Origin: Promethearchaeia archaeon
GTDB lineage: Archaea > Asgardarchaeota > Lokiarchaeia > Sigyniarchaeales > SOKP01
Assembly: GCA_046483985.1 (NCBI GenBank)
Contig: JAWOCD010000099.1
Span: 32,001 to 96,000, forward strand
DNA length: 64,000 nucleotides
Direction: 5' to 3'
Shown in pieces: positions 19,100-29,087 of this stretch; the first letter of the stretch is position 1, and every line of letters starts with the position of its first letter. The notes under the pieces were generated by a model. That model was not told where the DNA came from and did not search any database. It worked only from the letters and a program-made list of their open reading frames with translations. The translations under genes and the position numbers were made by a program.

Positions 19100-19756
19100 C
19101 TAAAGTAAAAGAATATAACCGTGTAGGATCATAAGAAGAGGAAAAATTAATCTTATAATTAATGCCACAAAAATTCCCAAAAGAAAAGCCACAAAAACAT
19201 CCGAGAGATAGTGGACGCCCAAATAAATTCTTGAGGTCCCCGTGAGAACTCCAACGGAGAGTGCAAGTAAAAAAGCAAGTAAGCCACCGTAACAGAGTGC
19301 CAAGGAAACCGCACTAACGGTCGCATAATATGTATGCCCGCTCGGAAAGGAAAAATCCTTTTGGGTGGTTAAGGGATTTAAAGCAAGGTGTTTATCATAA
19401 GGGCGGCGCCTTCGATATCGCTCTTTTAACGGAAAGATAATAAGTGAACTTAATCCTGCAAAAATAAGAACCAATCCCACATGGAACATTCGAAATGTGA
19501 AGCTATAAAAAACGCCAATCAAAGTCCAGAAAAATGGATATCCGAAAAGGAAAGATATAGTTTTCCAAAATAAATTACCAATTTTTGTCCTGAATTTTTC
19601 TATTCCGAATATGACATCGCTATCAAAATCCACAACAACTTCCCGTAAATCATGGAAATAATGAATCTTTTTGCCTTGTCTTTTCTTCTTAAGCTGAGAA
19701 CTGGTAGCAATATGCATTATATTTTTCTGTTGAGATCTCTCTTGCGTTCCAGACAT
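19100..19756 (-). CDS. PAP2 family phosphatase
   Basis: K-x6-RP, SFPSGH, SRIYLGVHYLSDV. Confidence 0.92.
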   Translation of the reverse strand: MSGTQERSQQKNIMHIATSSQLKKKRQGKKIHYFHDLREVVVDFDSDVIFGIEKFRTKIGNLFWKTISFLFGYPFFWTLIGVFYSFTFRMFHVGLVLIFAGLSSLIIFPLKERYRRRRPYDKHLALNPLTTQKDFSFPSGHTYYATVSAVSLALCYGGLLAFLLALSVGVLTGTSRIYLGVHYLSDVFVAFLLGIFVALIIRLIFPLLMILHGYILLL

Positions 19757-19902
19757 GATATTTTAACGTTTTTTATATATGATTATCTCATATCCATTTG
19801 TCTTTAGAAAAAATGAAATCCTATATTTCATAAGATTATTAATATTGAATCATCTTCACTATTTAAACATTTCCCCAAAGAAACAATAAGATTCTAAAAA
19901 AA

Positions 19903-20148
19903 TTAAACTTCCTTAAAGATTTTAACCGTATTATAGACCACATAGATTATCAACACGGAAATGAAAACAAAAACGAAGACAGAAAACGAAGAGAATATAT
20001 AAGGATAAATCAAGAAACCATAAATATTAACCACAGCCAAGATAGAAGCCACTAACAGAAGAGCTATCGGAAACCAATAACTTTCTTGAGGATCCGACAT
20101 ACCTTTTTCTTTTCTATCCTTTATGTTTGCATCCTTTTTATTGGACAT
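19903..20148 (-). CDS. Small two-TM membrane protein
   Basis: Two hydrophobic helices; isolated ORF. Confidence 0.55.
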   Translation of the reverse strand: MSNKKDANIKDRKEKGMSDPQESYWFPIALLLVASILAVVNIYGFLIYPYIFSSFSVFVFVFISVLIIYVVYNTVKIFKEV

Positions 20149-20362
20149 AATTAAGTATGGATTAGTTTACTCTGTTAGTGATCAATTAATTTCAACTATT
20201 TAAATTTTTTTGTTAACGTAAGTAAGTTTAATTAGAGATTTGTTTAATTAAATGAATGTTTGAATAAACATTTTCCAAAATCAAAAATAATTTATAATTT
20301 ATTAATCAAATCATTAACTACAACAAAAAGAGAGAGAGGAACTTTAAAATGAAAATTAAATT

Positions 20363-21478
20363 TTAGGTTTGCTCGACTTTTGGTGGAGGAACAAATACGT
20401 TTCTCTGACCCGTACGGTCCAATATCATGGCTTCTTCAGGACAATGATACGCGCATACACCACATCCAATACATCTATTTTTATTTACAACGGCAACATC
20501 ATCTTCCAAAGTAACTGCCTCCATTGCACACATTCTGGTGCATGTGCCACATCCGATGCAATTATCTTCATTCAGTTTTGCCAGGTATGAGGTGGTAGTA
20601 TGGATGGGCATAACTCCCCGGTAAAACAGCTGGAATATTCCACAGCAACATTTACAACAGCTGCAAATTGCTTCCTCATCTCGCTCTGGGTTCTGATGAA
20701 TATGGAACGCTCTATGTACCAACCCGTGTTCTTCTGCTTCATTTAATAGGTCTTTCGCCTCTTTTTTTGAGATAGGCTTGGCAAATCCTTGTTGAATAGA
20801 AAATCGTGCGGTTTTGCCAAACGTCAGACAATTCTCGCGGGGAGCATCAATTTTACACGGATCTCCAAGTAGTTCTTTTTCATGACGACAATAACAAAGA
20901 GCCACAGCAATATTATCGAACTTGTCCACTACTTTTTTTACTTCTTCAGAGGGTAAAACGACCTCTTGTTCTATATCAATTTCTTTTTCAACAGGAATTA
21001 CTCTGTCAACGGGAGGAAAATTTTTATACTGAGGGACGATATTGTCATAATTCTTTTGAGTTCCTTCACTCATTTCCTTGAATAGCGTATCAAATAGGGT
21101 TGCTAACTTCTTATCTCGTTTTAAGGTATCAGCGGTAGACTTCTTCATTAATGAAAACTCAAATATGCCAGGAAAGGGCGGCATGAGACGATAGACCATA
21201 ACGCCAGTACTAGTACTTGGGAGTCCGGTAAGAATTCCCTTCTGCATTAATGTGGACAGCGTGTCCTCCAATTCATCTTCTGGTTTGTCGGTAGCGTCTT
21301 TAATTTGGTTAATATTAAGGTTGGGTTGGCGATTAAAAACATCAGAGATAAATCGAGCTTCTTCCTCGGTTATTAATGTTTGTAATAACTCAATTAATGT
21401 GTCGCTTACAGGGAAGGGCATTTGGCCCGCCTTTATTATTGCCCGTGCAGTTTTATACCATAATTTTTTTTTGCTCAT
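20363..21478 (-). CDS. 4Fe-4S dicluster protein with N-terminal wHTH-like region
   Basis: CYCR, C..C, CSCCKCCC; two CxxCxxCxxxC ferredoxin motifs. Confidence 0.85.
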   Translation of the reverse strand: MSKKKLWYKTARAIIKAGQMPFPVSDTLIELLQTLITEEEARFISDVFNRQPNLNINQIKDATDKPEDELEDTLSTLMQKGILTGLPSTSTGVMVYRLMPPFPGIFEFSLMKKSTADTLKRDKKLATLFDTLFKEMSEGTQKNYDNIVPQYKNFPPVDRVIPVEKEIDIEQEVVLPSEEVKKVVDKFDNIAVALCYCRHEKELLGDPCKIDAPRENCLTFGKTARFSIQQGFAKPISKKEAKDLLNEAEEHGLVHRAFHIHQNPERDEEAICSCCKCCCGIFQLFYRGVMPIHTTTSYLAKLNEDNCIGCGTCTRMCAMEAVTLEDDVAVVNKNRCIGCGVCAYHCPEEAMILDRTGQRNVFVPPPKVEQT

Positions 21479-21588
21479 GATTTTTCCTACTTGTACAAAA
21501 TAACTTAAAATAATTCACGAAATAAGAAAGAATGGTTTGTATTAAATTTTCTAATAAATTTATTTATTAGAAAAAGGTAAGGGAGAAA

Positions 21589-22005
21589 TTAGACCGGTTC
21601 TCTTTCGAGATAATATACTTTTTCTGAACCACATTCTGGGCAGGTAGCTTTTCTATCCTTAGAAGCTTCTTCGTCTTCCCATTCATTATCGCAATTCATA
21701 CAGCCGTAGCCGACAAAACCTCGCTTATATACCACATTCCCCCCAGCAACTCGGATTGCTTTTCCCTCAATCAAAGCTCTTGTTACTTTTTGATGAGCGC
21801 TGTCTAGAATTCTGGAAAATGTGGGTTGAGAAATGTTCATCTTTTTGGCTGATGTCTGCTGATTCATTCCCACATAATGTTTTAATCGCATCGCTTCAAA
21901 CTCCGCAACGGTTATATCTATACTGTTAACATCTTGCGCATTTCGGGTAAAATAGAAATTTCTCGGAGTTCTTTTAACACGTCGCATTCGAGTCCTACGA
22001 CCCAT
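21589..22005 (-). CDS. DUF134 HTH protein with C-terminal Zn ribbon
   Basis: EFEAMRLKH...Q..SAKKMNISQPTFSRIL...K..RALIEGKAI; CMNC...CPECGS. Confidence 0.88.
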   Translation of the reverse strand: MGRRTRMRRVKRTPRNFYFTRNAQDVNSIDITVAEFEAMRLKHYVGMNQQTSAKKMNISQPTFSRILDSAHQKVTRALIEGKAIRVAGGNVVYKRGFVGYGCMNCDNEWEDEEASKDRKATCPECGSEKVYYLEREPV

Positions 22006-22232
22006 TCTTAATCAACTAAATTTAAAATTTCTTAAATTTGTTTATATTTTTCTTCTTTTAATAATAATTATTCAATTATTATATTAAAAATTAAAAATTT
22101 TTGTAATACAAAAATTTTCGTATTATATTTTCAAGATCATTTTTATTACAAACTAAATTTTTTAATATTAAAATAATTTGAAATTTCAAAACACAGTGAA
22201 AGAAAATTAGGTACTTAGAATTTAAAATCGTC

Positions 22233-23282
22233 ATGGGCGATACACCTTCAGGGTTAATTATTGATGAAATACGGGATCTAGCGAAACCTGTAGAGTTTCG
22301 GGAAAAGGAAGAAGAGGAAGGTAACGAAGATCCACTATGGACGGAGGGAGTCATCCATCATTTGTCAAAAAGTAATTATAGTTGGAACTTTTCTTTAATC
22401 TATAAATCAGGGAATTTTGACATGATTAAATGGAAAACGGGATTCGCTTGGAAGCACATGGAAGAGGATCCCACCATAAATAAACCAATATTTATAGGTG
22501 CTAGTGCAGGAGTCTTCTTTATAGAAATCACGGAAAATATTCACGAAAACTTCGGGCATCTCAAACAATTAGTGGAAATATTTATCGAAAAAACGCGAGG
22601 TCAAGCCCCCTTCCTTATATATGCAATTCTGGAAAACAAGCAAAAAATTGCAGAACTAAAAGAAAATAATAAAATGTTTAAGAACTTAGCAATTGTCAAA
22701 AAATGGACTTCCGCAAAGGGGGGTGAATTGCGATTAGAAAATTTAACAGAAATGCAAATGAATCCGACCTATTTAATTAATGATTATTCTCAATTCATTC
22801 TCACTCATTTAGAAGGAAAAACCAGTTATCCGAATTTGGATGTTAATGAGGTACACTTTTTAGATTACGAGGATATTAGAAGCCTCAAGGAGATTGAACG
22901 ATCACTGGCTAAGCAAATCAAAGAAGGAGAAACAGTAGATCATCTTCTTTCGGAACTTATGTTTGAATATTTAGAGATGCCCCAATTCCAAGAAGAGGAG
23001 ACTGTTCCCGTTAAAGAAGGTATAGGAGAAGAGGAGGGAGAGGCAGAAGAGTTAAAAGCAAAACCCGCAAAAATTAAAGTCATTCTGGAAGAAATTCGAA
23101 AAGGTCGGCGACAATGTCCAAACTGTTTTAACAAAGATCGGGAGAAAATCCGGGAAGTATTGGATAAAGATAATGTAATTATGCAATTAGGCGGGGGATC
23201 AAATAATATTTACGGATACAAATATATATGTGGTGTTTGCGGTACAGAATGGCGAACAGAGAAGAAATGGAAAGAAGATTAA
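22233..23282 (+). CDS. Hypothetical protein: degenerate small-GTPase-like core plus C-terminal Zn ribbon
   Basis: FIGASAGVFFIEIT...NFGHLKQLVEIF...APFLIYA resembles the Ras-family beta4-alpha3-beta5 region; CPNC...CGVC. Confidence 0.55.
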   Translation: MGDTPSGLIIDEIRDLAKPVEFREKEEEEGNEDPLWTEGVIHHLSKSNYSWNFSLIYKSGNFDMIKWKTGFAWKHMEEDPTINKPIFIGASAGVFFIEITENIHENFGHLKQLVEIFIEKTRGQAPFLIYAILENKQKIAELKENNKMFKNLAIVKKWTSAKGGELRLENLTEMQMNPTYLINDYSQFILTHLEGKTSYPNLDVNEVHFLDYEDIRSLKEIERSLAKQIKEGETVDHLLSELMFEYLEMPQFQEEETVPVKEGIGEEEGEAEELKAKPAKIKVILEEIRKGRRQCPNCFNKDREKIREVLDKDNVIMQLGGGSNNIYGYKYICGVCGTEWRTEKKWKED

Positions 23283-23411
23283 ATCATTATTTGTTCTTAG
23301 TATCATTAGAAGCAAACAAAGAAGATTGAAAATTCCTTTTCTAATTCGAAAAATTTTTAACATTTTTTTAATGATTACAACTACAACTTTCCTTATTTAA
23401 GTTAACCTTAG

Positions 23412-24593
23412 GTGTTAATAATTAATTTAGAATATGCAGAAAGAATTGGGAGATTACCGAAATACATTTTTGCTGAAATTGAAGAACTAACCCTTGAGAA
23501 AAGGAAACAAGGAGCCGATCTTATACCCTTAGGAATTGGAGATCCAGATTTAACCGCCCCAGAGATAATTGTTAATGAGATTAGGGATCAAATTAAAGTG
23601 CCAAAAAATCAAAACTATCCCTCCAGCATGGGCGAAGAGGATTTTCGCAAAACTATTGCACAATGGTATAATGTACGTTTTGGCCTTGATTTTAATTACC
23701 AAAAGGAAGTGACGAATCTCATTGGCGGAAAAGAGGGGATTGCTAATATTGCCCGAGCCTTCGTAAATCCAGGAGATGTCGTTTTATGCCCCAATCCCGG
23801 TTACCCAGTATATGCAAATGGAGCAACCAAATTATGTGACGGTAAACCTTATTTAATGCCGCTTTCAAAAGAAAACAATTTTTTACCTGATTTTGAGAGT
23901 ATTGATTCAAATGTGTTACATGAAGCTAAAATGATGTATTTAAATTATCCTAATAATCCCACGGGTGCCATTGCCCCAGAGGAGTTTCTCAAAGAAGCCG
24001 TAGATTTGGCTGAAGATTACAAATTTTTTATTGTCTATGATAATCCTTATTCTGAATTTACCTTCAATGATTATATTGCCCCTTCTCTTCTGCAGATAAG
24101 CCAAGAACATATCGAAATTAACAGCGCATCTAAAATGTTTTGTATGACGGGGTTTCGATGCGGATGGGCTGCGGGTAATGAGTTTTTAATTGAAGGGGTC
24201 CGAAAAGTAAAATCACAAATAGACTCTGGGTGTCCAAAATTTATTCAAAAAGGAGTGATTAAAGGACTTCAGCAATACGAATCAGAAAAAAAGCCATCTA
24301 TTGTACAGAAGAGTATTGATATTTATGAGAAACGGAGAGATGTATTAATTAATGGTTTAAATGAGCTAGGGTGGACGACTGATCGACCCCATGCAACTTT
24401 TTATGTTTGGACACAGATTCCCGAAGGTGAAAACAATAGTATGGAATTTGTCAAAAAATTAATTGAAGTTGGGGTTATTATTACTCCAGGAGTAGGATTT
24501 GGTAAATATGGAAAAGGATTCGTCAGATTTGCATTAACTCAACCAGTTGAGAGAATTAAAGAAGCATTAGAAAGAATAGAAAAAGTATTATAA
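23412..24593 (+). CDS. dapL: LL-diaminopimelate aminotransferase-like class I/II PLP aminotransferase
   Basis: LPKYIFAEI, LGIGDPD, GGKEG, NYPNNPTG, D.PY, S.SK...MTGFRCG. Confidence 0.8.
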   Translation: MLIINLEYAERIGRLPKYIFAEIEELTLEKRKQGADLIPLGIGDPDLTAPEIIVNEIRDQIKVPKNQNYPSSMGEEDFRKTIAQWYNVRFGLDFNYQKEVTNLIGGKEGIANIARAFVNPGDVVLCPNPGYPVYANGATKLCDGKPYLMPLSKENNFLPDFESIDSNVLHEAKMMYLNYPNNPTGAIAPEEFLKEAVDLAEDYKFFIVYDNPYSEFTFNDYIAPSLLQISQEHIEINSASKMFCMTGFRCGWAAGNEFLIEGVRKVKSQIDSGCPKFIQKGVIKGLQQYESEKKPSIVQKSIDIYEKRRDVLINGLNELGWTTDRPHATFYVWTQIPEGENNSMEFVKKLIEVGVIITPGVGFGKYGKGFVRFALTQPVERIKEALERIEKVL

Positions 24594-24627
24594 AAAGTCT
24601 TTAATTTTCCTTCCCCATCGGGAATCG

Positions 24628-24768
24628 TTATTTTTTAAGGCGTTTCGAATATTTTCTCCATAGAGCAAACGTTTTTGATTCGTCCTCGATTTCCAGCTTA
24701 TTAGAGAAAGCAGAACTCGGTTCAATATACCTGAAAGCAGATTTAGATTCCTCTTTCCTTTTTTCCAT
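24628..24768 (-). CDS. Putative 46-aa small protein (MEKRKEESKSAFRYIEP...)
   Basis: ATG preceded by a GGGAGTGA RBS; below the ORF-track size cutoff. Confidence 0.4.
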   Translation of the reverse strand: MEKRKEESKSAFRYIEPSSAFSNKLEIEDESKTFALWRKYSKRLKK

Positions 24769-24962
24769 CTTCACTCCCGATTTTTTTTATTTACTTTATC
24801 TTATTTTTTTCTAATTAAAATGGTTTAATCTTATTCTAGAGTAACTGGTTATTTAAGGGTTCGATTTCCTTAAACATTATAATAATAAAATTAATAATAT
24901 TTAAGCACTTAATTAGCCCTATTTCCTTTCCCTCTTTTCATGGGTTTTCACATGCTTTTCAT

Positions 24963-25103
24963 TTACCAAGCAATATCCTTTTCTTCAGTAATGAAACATT
25001 CCGCCGGCAGTGAAAATCTTGAAGTATCAAGATACTCTCCAAGATCGTGAATTTTTTCCTTTTTAGAATGTATCTCATTAATCTTTTCACGAATGACTGT
25101 CAT
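24963..25103 (-). CDS. Putative 46-aa small protein (MTVIREKINEIHSKK...DIAW)
   Basis: ATG preceded by a GGAGGT RBS. Confidence 0.5.
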   Translation of the reverse strand: MTVIREKINEIHSKKEKIHDLGEYLDTSRFSLPAECFITEEKDIAW

Positions 25104-25469
25104 ATATTAACCTCCTTTTTTAATTATTGAACTATTTTGACCAATGGATCCCTTCGAAAGCAATATAATCCTTTCTCTCTCAAATATTATCCTTACCGAA
25201 GCAAACAAACCCAGAACACCAGAAAATAAAGAAAGAGAAAAGATTTGTTTGCTTACTTATAATAATAATACTAATCCTACAACGCCTAAAGCGCTTAAGA
25301 AAGTGCGGATTCGTAGTGTTGTATTATTATTAGAGATCATTATATAATATTACCTTTTCCTCTTATTTAAATATTTTCTATCGAATGATAGAATGAATTG
25401 CAGAGATTTTAAAGCCCACGGAGTGTGTGTATCTTTCTGAAAAAAGAAATAAACTGAAACTTAAAATTA

Positions 25470-25603
25470 TTCCCAGATTCAAAAGATTCCTTAAACTTCT
25501 TGTTATAATAATGGTGCAAGTAGCCGTGTTTAACTTTTTAGAGAACGAAGGAAAAGGGGTGATTTTATTCTTATCTTCTTACAAAAAATATAACACTTAG
25601 TCA
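25470..25603. repeat. Dispersed repeat of about 125 bp, copy 1
   Basis: TTCCTTAAACTTCTTGTTATAA...TAGCCGTGTTTAACTTTTTAGAGAACGAAGGA...TTATCTTCTTAC shared with 44630-44755. Confidence 0.8.
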
Positions 25604-25633
25604 AAAAATAAAAAAGGAAATTTATAGTTATTT

Positions 25634-27631
25634 TTATTCAACTTTCAATAATTTGGCATTTATTGCAACAATTACCGTACTAAGAGACATTAACAGAGCG
25701 CCGATGGCAGGTGAAATCACAATCCCCAAATTAATTAATACTCCAGCCGCCAAGGGGATAGCAAACACATTATAGCCCGTAGCCCAGAACAAGTTTTGGA
25801 TAATCTTGTTGTATGTGGCTTCTCCGAATTTAATGAGAGAGGATACATCCTTAGGGCTACTTTCCACTAAAATGATATCGGCCGTTTCTGCGGCAATATC
25901 TGTCCCAGATCCAATCGCGATGCCTACATCTGCCTGCGCAAGCGCTGGAGCATCATTTATTCCATCTCCAGTCATTGCCACGAATTCTCCTCGTTTTTGA
26001 ATCTCCTTGATCTTTTCGAGTTTCTCATCAGGCAATAATTCTGCAAAATAACCATCCAATTTTAATTCCTCGGAAACTGTTTTTGCGACTTTTTCATTGT
26101 CACCAGTTAGCATCCAACATTTGATACCCATTTTTTTTAGCGTGTCAATGGCTTCATAAGATTCATCTCTAATTTTATCGGAAAGGGTAACCGCTGCAAT
26201 TAGGTCTTGTCTCTCTTGAACTAAAAAAACTACAGTATCAATCGGTCCGGTCTTTAAATTTTTAGGTTCTTCGAGATCGATCTTTTCTAAATAATTAGGG
26301 CTATATATCCCGTATTTATCTCCATTCAGTGTCGCTTCTACTCCTTTTCCCTTCATTATATTAAAATTTTTAGCTTCAGGAATAGGTATATTTTTTTCTT
26401 TTGCTTTCCTTATTATTCCTTGAGCGATAGGATGTTCTGATTTTTGTTCGAGCGAGGCTGCAATCTTCAGAATCTCATCTTCATCATATTCCGTTTTAAG
26501 TGATTGAATTTTATTTACTGCAAATTTCCCCTCTGTGAGGGTCCCCGTTTTATCAAAAATTACTGTTGAGATTTTGCGGGATGCCTCAAAGGCCGACCGG
26601 TTTCGTATAAGTAATCCATTTTTAGCAGATAGGGTAGTAGAAACTGCAACAACTAAAGGAATTGCCAAACCTAATGCATGTGGACAAGTTATGACCATGA
26701 CTGTAGCCATTCGCTCTATTGCAAAATTAAAACTTTCGCCTAATAATGACCAGCTTATCAAAGTCGTAAATCCAACACTAAGGGCAATAATAGTTAACCA
26801 GAATGCTGCTCTATCTGCTAGCCTCTGATTCTTGGATTTTGAGGCTTGAGCTTCCCGTACCATATTAATAACCCTTGATAAATAGGAATCTTCACCCGTG
26901 GATTTTACCCGCACTTTAAGCGAACTATCCCCATTAATTGAACCTCCAATTACTTCTTGATCCTCTTCCCTTTTAACTGGAATCGATTCTCCGGTTAACA
27001 TAGATTCATCAATATAACTCTTTCCTTCCAGAATTATACCATCTGCGGGAATCTTTTCCCCCGGTTTTATTAAAATTTTATCTTCTTTTTTTAGTTCTTG
27101 GAGATCTACATCATTTACCTCTCCATCTTGAATTAAATGAGCCTCCGAGGGCATTAATTCAACAAGCTTTTCCAGTGCCCGTGACGCTCCAAGGATAGAA
27201 CGCATTTCTATCCAATGTCCAAGTAACATAATATCGATTAGAGTTGCTAGTTCCCAGAAAAATATATCTCCCTCAAGGCCAAATGTCACAGCAGTACTGT
27301 AAAAATAAGCAACCGAAATAGCAACGGCTATTAAAGTCATCATGCCGAGCGAACGTTCCCTAACTTCATCGATTAAACCGGAAAGGAATGGCCTTCCCCC
27401 GTAGAAAAATATCACTGAGGATAATCCAAATGAAACATACGAAATGCCAGGAAAGAGTATAGTTAATCCTGTTAAGGACTGAATAAAAGGAGAAAAAAGT
27501 AAAATCGGAATTGTTATGATAATAGAAATTATGAAGCGCCTTCGAAAATCTCTAATCATCATTCGATGATGTGCGGTTTTTGAGGTTTTTTTTCCATCGT
27601 TCATCTGATGTTCTTCTTTACCTTCTTTCAT
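25634..27631 (-). CDS. copB: Copper-exporting P1B-type ATPase (CPH motif, CopB type)
   Basis: TGES, CPHALGLA, DKTGTLT, SEHP, GDGINDAP, YN, MSLST. Confidence 0.92.
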   Translation of the reverse strand: MKEGKEEHQMNDGKKTSKTAHHRMMIRDFRRRFIISIIITIPILLFSPFIQSLTGLTILFPGISYVSFGLSSVIFFYGGRPFLSGLIDEVRERSLGMMTLIAVAISVAYFYSTAVTFGLEGDIFFWELATLIDIMLLGHWIEMRSILGASRALEKLVELMPSEAHLIQDGEVNDVDLQELKKEDKILIKPGEKIPADGIILEGKSYIDESMLTGESIPVKREEDQEVIGGSINGDSSLKVRVKSTGEDSYLSRVINMVREAQASKSKNQRLADRAAFWLTIIALSVGFTTLISWSLLGESFNFAIERMATVMVITCPHALGLAIPLVVAVSTTLSAKNGLLIRNRSAFEASRKISTVIFDKTGTLTEGKFAVNKIQSLKTEYDEDEILKIAASLEQKSEHPIAQGIIRKAKEKNIPIPEAKNFNIMKGKGVEATLNGDKYGIYSPNYLEKIDLEEPKNLKTGPIDTVVFLVQERQDLIAAVTLSDKIRDESYEAIDTLKKMGIKCWMLTGDNEKVAKTVSEELKLDGYFAELLPDEKLEKIKEIQKRGEFVAMTGDGINDAPALAQADVGIAIGSGTDIAAETADIILVESSPKDVSSLIKFGEATYNKIIQNLFWATGYNVFAIPLAAGVLINLGIVISPAIGALLMSLSTVIVAINAKLLKVE

Positions 27632-27773
27632 ATTTTTTCACATAAATTAATATCTTAAACGCAAAAAGAAAAACTAATTTTTAACAAAATTCCTTATAGA
27701 TTATAAAAATCTTGTGAAATTTTAGGGGGAAAAAAAGAAAAGAAAGGGATAAATTATGAGTTGAATAAATCTC

Positions 27774-28589
27774 TTAAAGTTTCATTTTTATGCCGTGTTC
27801 GATGCAATATTCTTTTACTTCACGGATAGAAAGCTCGCGGAAATGAAAGACTGATGCTGCTAAAGCGGCTGCGGCTTTTCCTTTGGTAAAGGCTTCTAAA
27901 ATATGTTGAGCTGTTCCTGCCCCACCAGACGCTGTTACTGGCAAACCCGTCGCCTCTGCAATCATTTCAGTCATTTCCAAATCGTAGCCCTTTTTAGTTC
28001 CGTCATAGGTTTTGGAGGTCGGTAAGACTTCTCCCGCTCCAAGTTCTGCCACTCTTTCAGCCCATTGTATGGCGTCCATCCCTGTTGATTTGGTTCCCCC
28101 GTGAGTTAATACATCAAACCAGCAATATTTATCATCAACTTCCACCAATGTTTTATCGGGCGCTTCTTCCTCTGAGCTGACATAGTTCCGTTTTCCGTCT
28201 ATTGCACTTACTAACCGCTCTGAACCATATTCCTTTGAGATTTCTGTTAAGAAGTCTGGATTTTGTACGCCCGCGCTGTTAACTGATATCTTATCAGCAC
28301 CTGCCTTTAGAATTGCCTCTGCATCCGCTATAGAGGAAATTCCACCACCGACAGTAAAGGGAATCGAAATACTTTCGGCAACTTTTTTGACTAAATCTGT
28401 AACTGTTTTTCTCTTCTCTACTGTTGCAGTGATATCTAAAAAGACTAACTCATCGGCCCCTTCTTTTTCATAATATTGCGCAAATTCCACCGGATCTCCA
28501 GCATCTTTAATATTTACAAATTTAACTCCCTTGACTACACGACCATCCTTTACATCGAGACAGGGGATAATTTTTTTATATTCGGTCAT
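27774..28589 (-). CDS. hisF: Imidazole glycerol phosphate synthase cyclase subunit
   Basis: IIPCLDVKDGRVVKG, FLDITA, VGGGI, DGTKKGYD, ASGGAG. Confidence 0.95.
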   Translation of the reverse strand: MTEYKKIIPCLDVKDGRVVKGVKFVNIKDAGDPVEFAQYYEKEGADELVFLDITATVEKRKTVTDLVKKVAESISIPFTVGGGISSIADAEAILKAGADKISVNSAGVQNPDFLTEISKEYGSERLVSAIDGKRNYVSSEEEAPDKTLVEVDDKYCWFDVLTHGGTKSTGMDAIQWAERVAELGAGEVLPTSKTYDGTKKGYDLEMTEMIAEATGLPVTASGGAGTAQHILEAFTKGKAAAALAASVFHFRELSIREVKEYCIEHGIKMKL

Positions 28590-28645
28590 ATCTCTTAATT
28601 CCTTCTATGTAAAATAAATAATGTATGATCCCATAAAATTTTAAA

Positions 28646-28735
28646 CATTGGACTACTCCCACCTAAAGACGTGAGATTCATATTCTCTAATGCGAGATCA
28701 TTAGGGATCATTACATTTCATTTAGACAATAAAAA
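28646..28735 (-). mobile_element. Degenerate IS200/IS605 right-end (omegaRNA 3') relic
   Basis: GAATCTCACGTCTTTAGGTGGGAGTAGTCCAA; 37/49 ungapped identity to 33586-33634. Confidence 0.55.
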
Positions 28736-28778
28736 AAGGAGGGTGGAAATAAGCGTGAGATTGATAAAAAATAAAAGT

Positions 28779-28982
28779 TCAAGGGAGATTCTTTTTTTTC
28801 CATTCTTCAATAAATTGACGGTAATCTGATTCAGAAATCCCAAGGGAATTTTTTGGATTTTTTCCATTAGGCGTATTCTTGTTCTCAACTAACCTAGTCT
28901 GAACCATGTTTTTTCGAGTTTCGTGCTTTCCTTTCTTTTTGAACCGTAATTCCCAATCATAATATGATACAGACTTTGACAT
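28779..28982 (-). CDS. Small basic hypothetical protein downstream of polB2
   Basis: 67-aa ORF co-oriented with the PolB2 cassette. Confidence 0.55.
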   Translation of the reverse strand: MSKSVSYYDWELRFKKKGKHETRKNMVQTRLVENKNTPNGKNPKNSLGISESDYRQFIEEWKKKNLP

Positions 28983-29087
28983 ATTAATAAGATAATATTT
29001 TTCAAAAATAAATTAAAAGGGGCTGTCGATTTTCTAAAATAATACCCAGGTGATATGATCAAATCTCATTTATGAACAAAAGAATTG

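Noticed and set aside
25385-25600. Second possible UGA read-through frame (MIE*IAEILKP...)
   Set aside because: Overlaps a dispersed repeat, has no redox motif context and no SECIS-like hairpin seen downstream.
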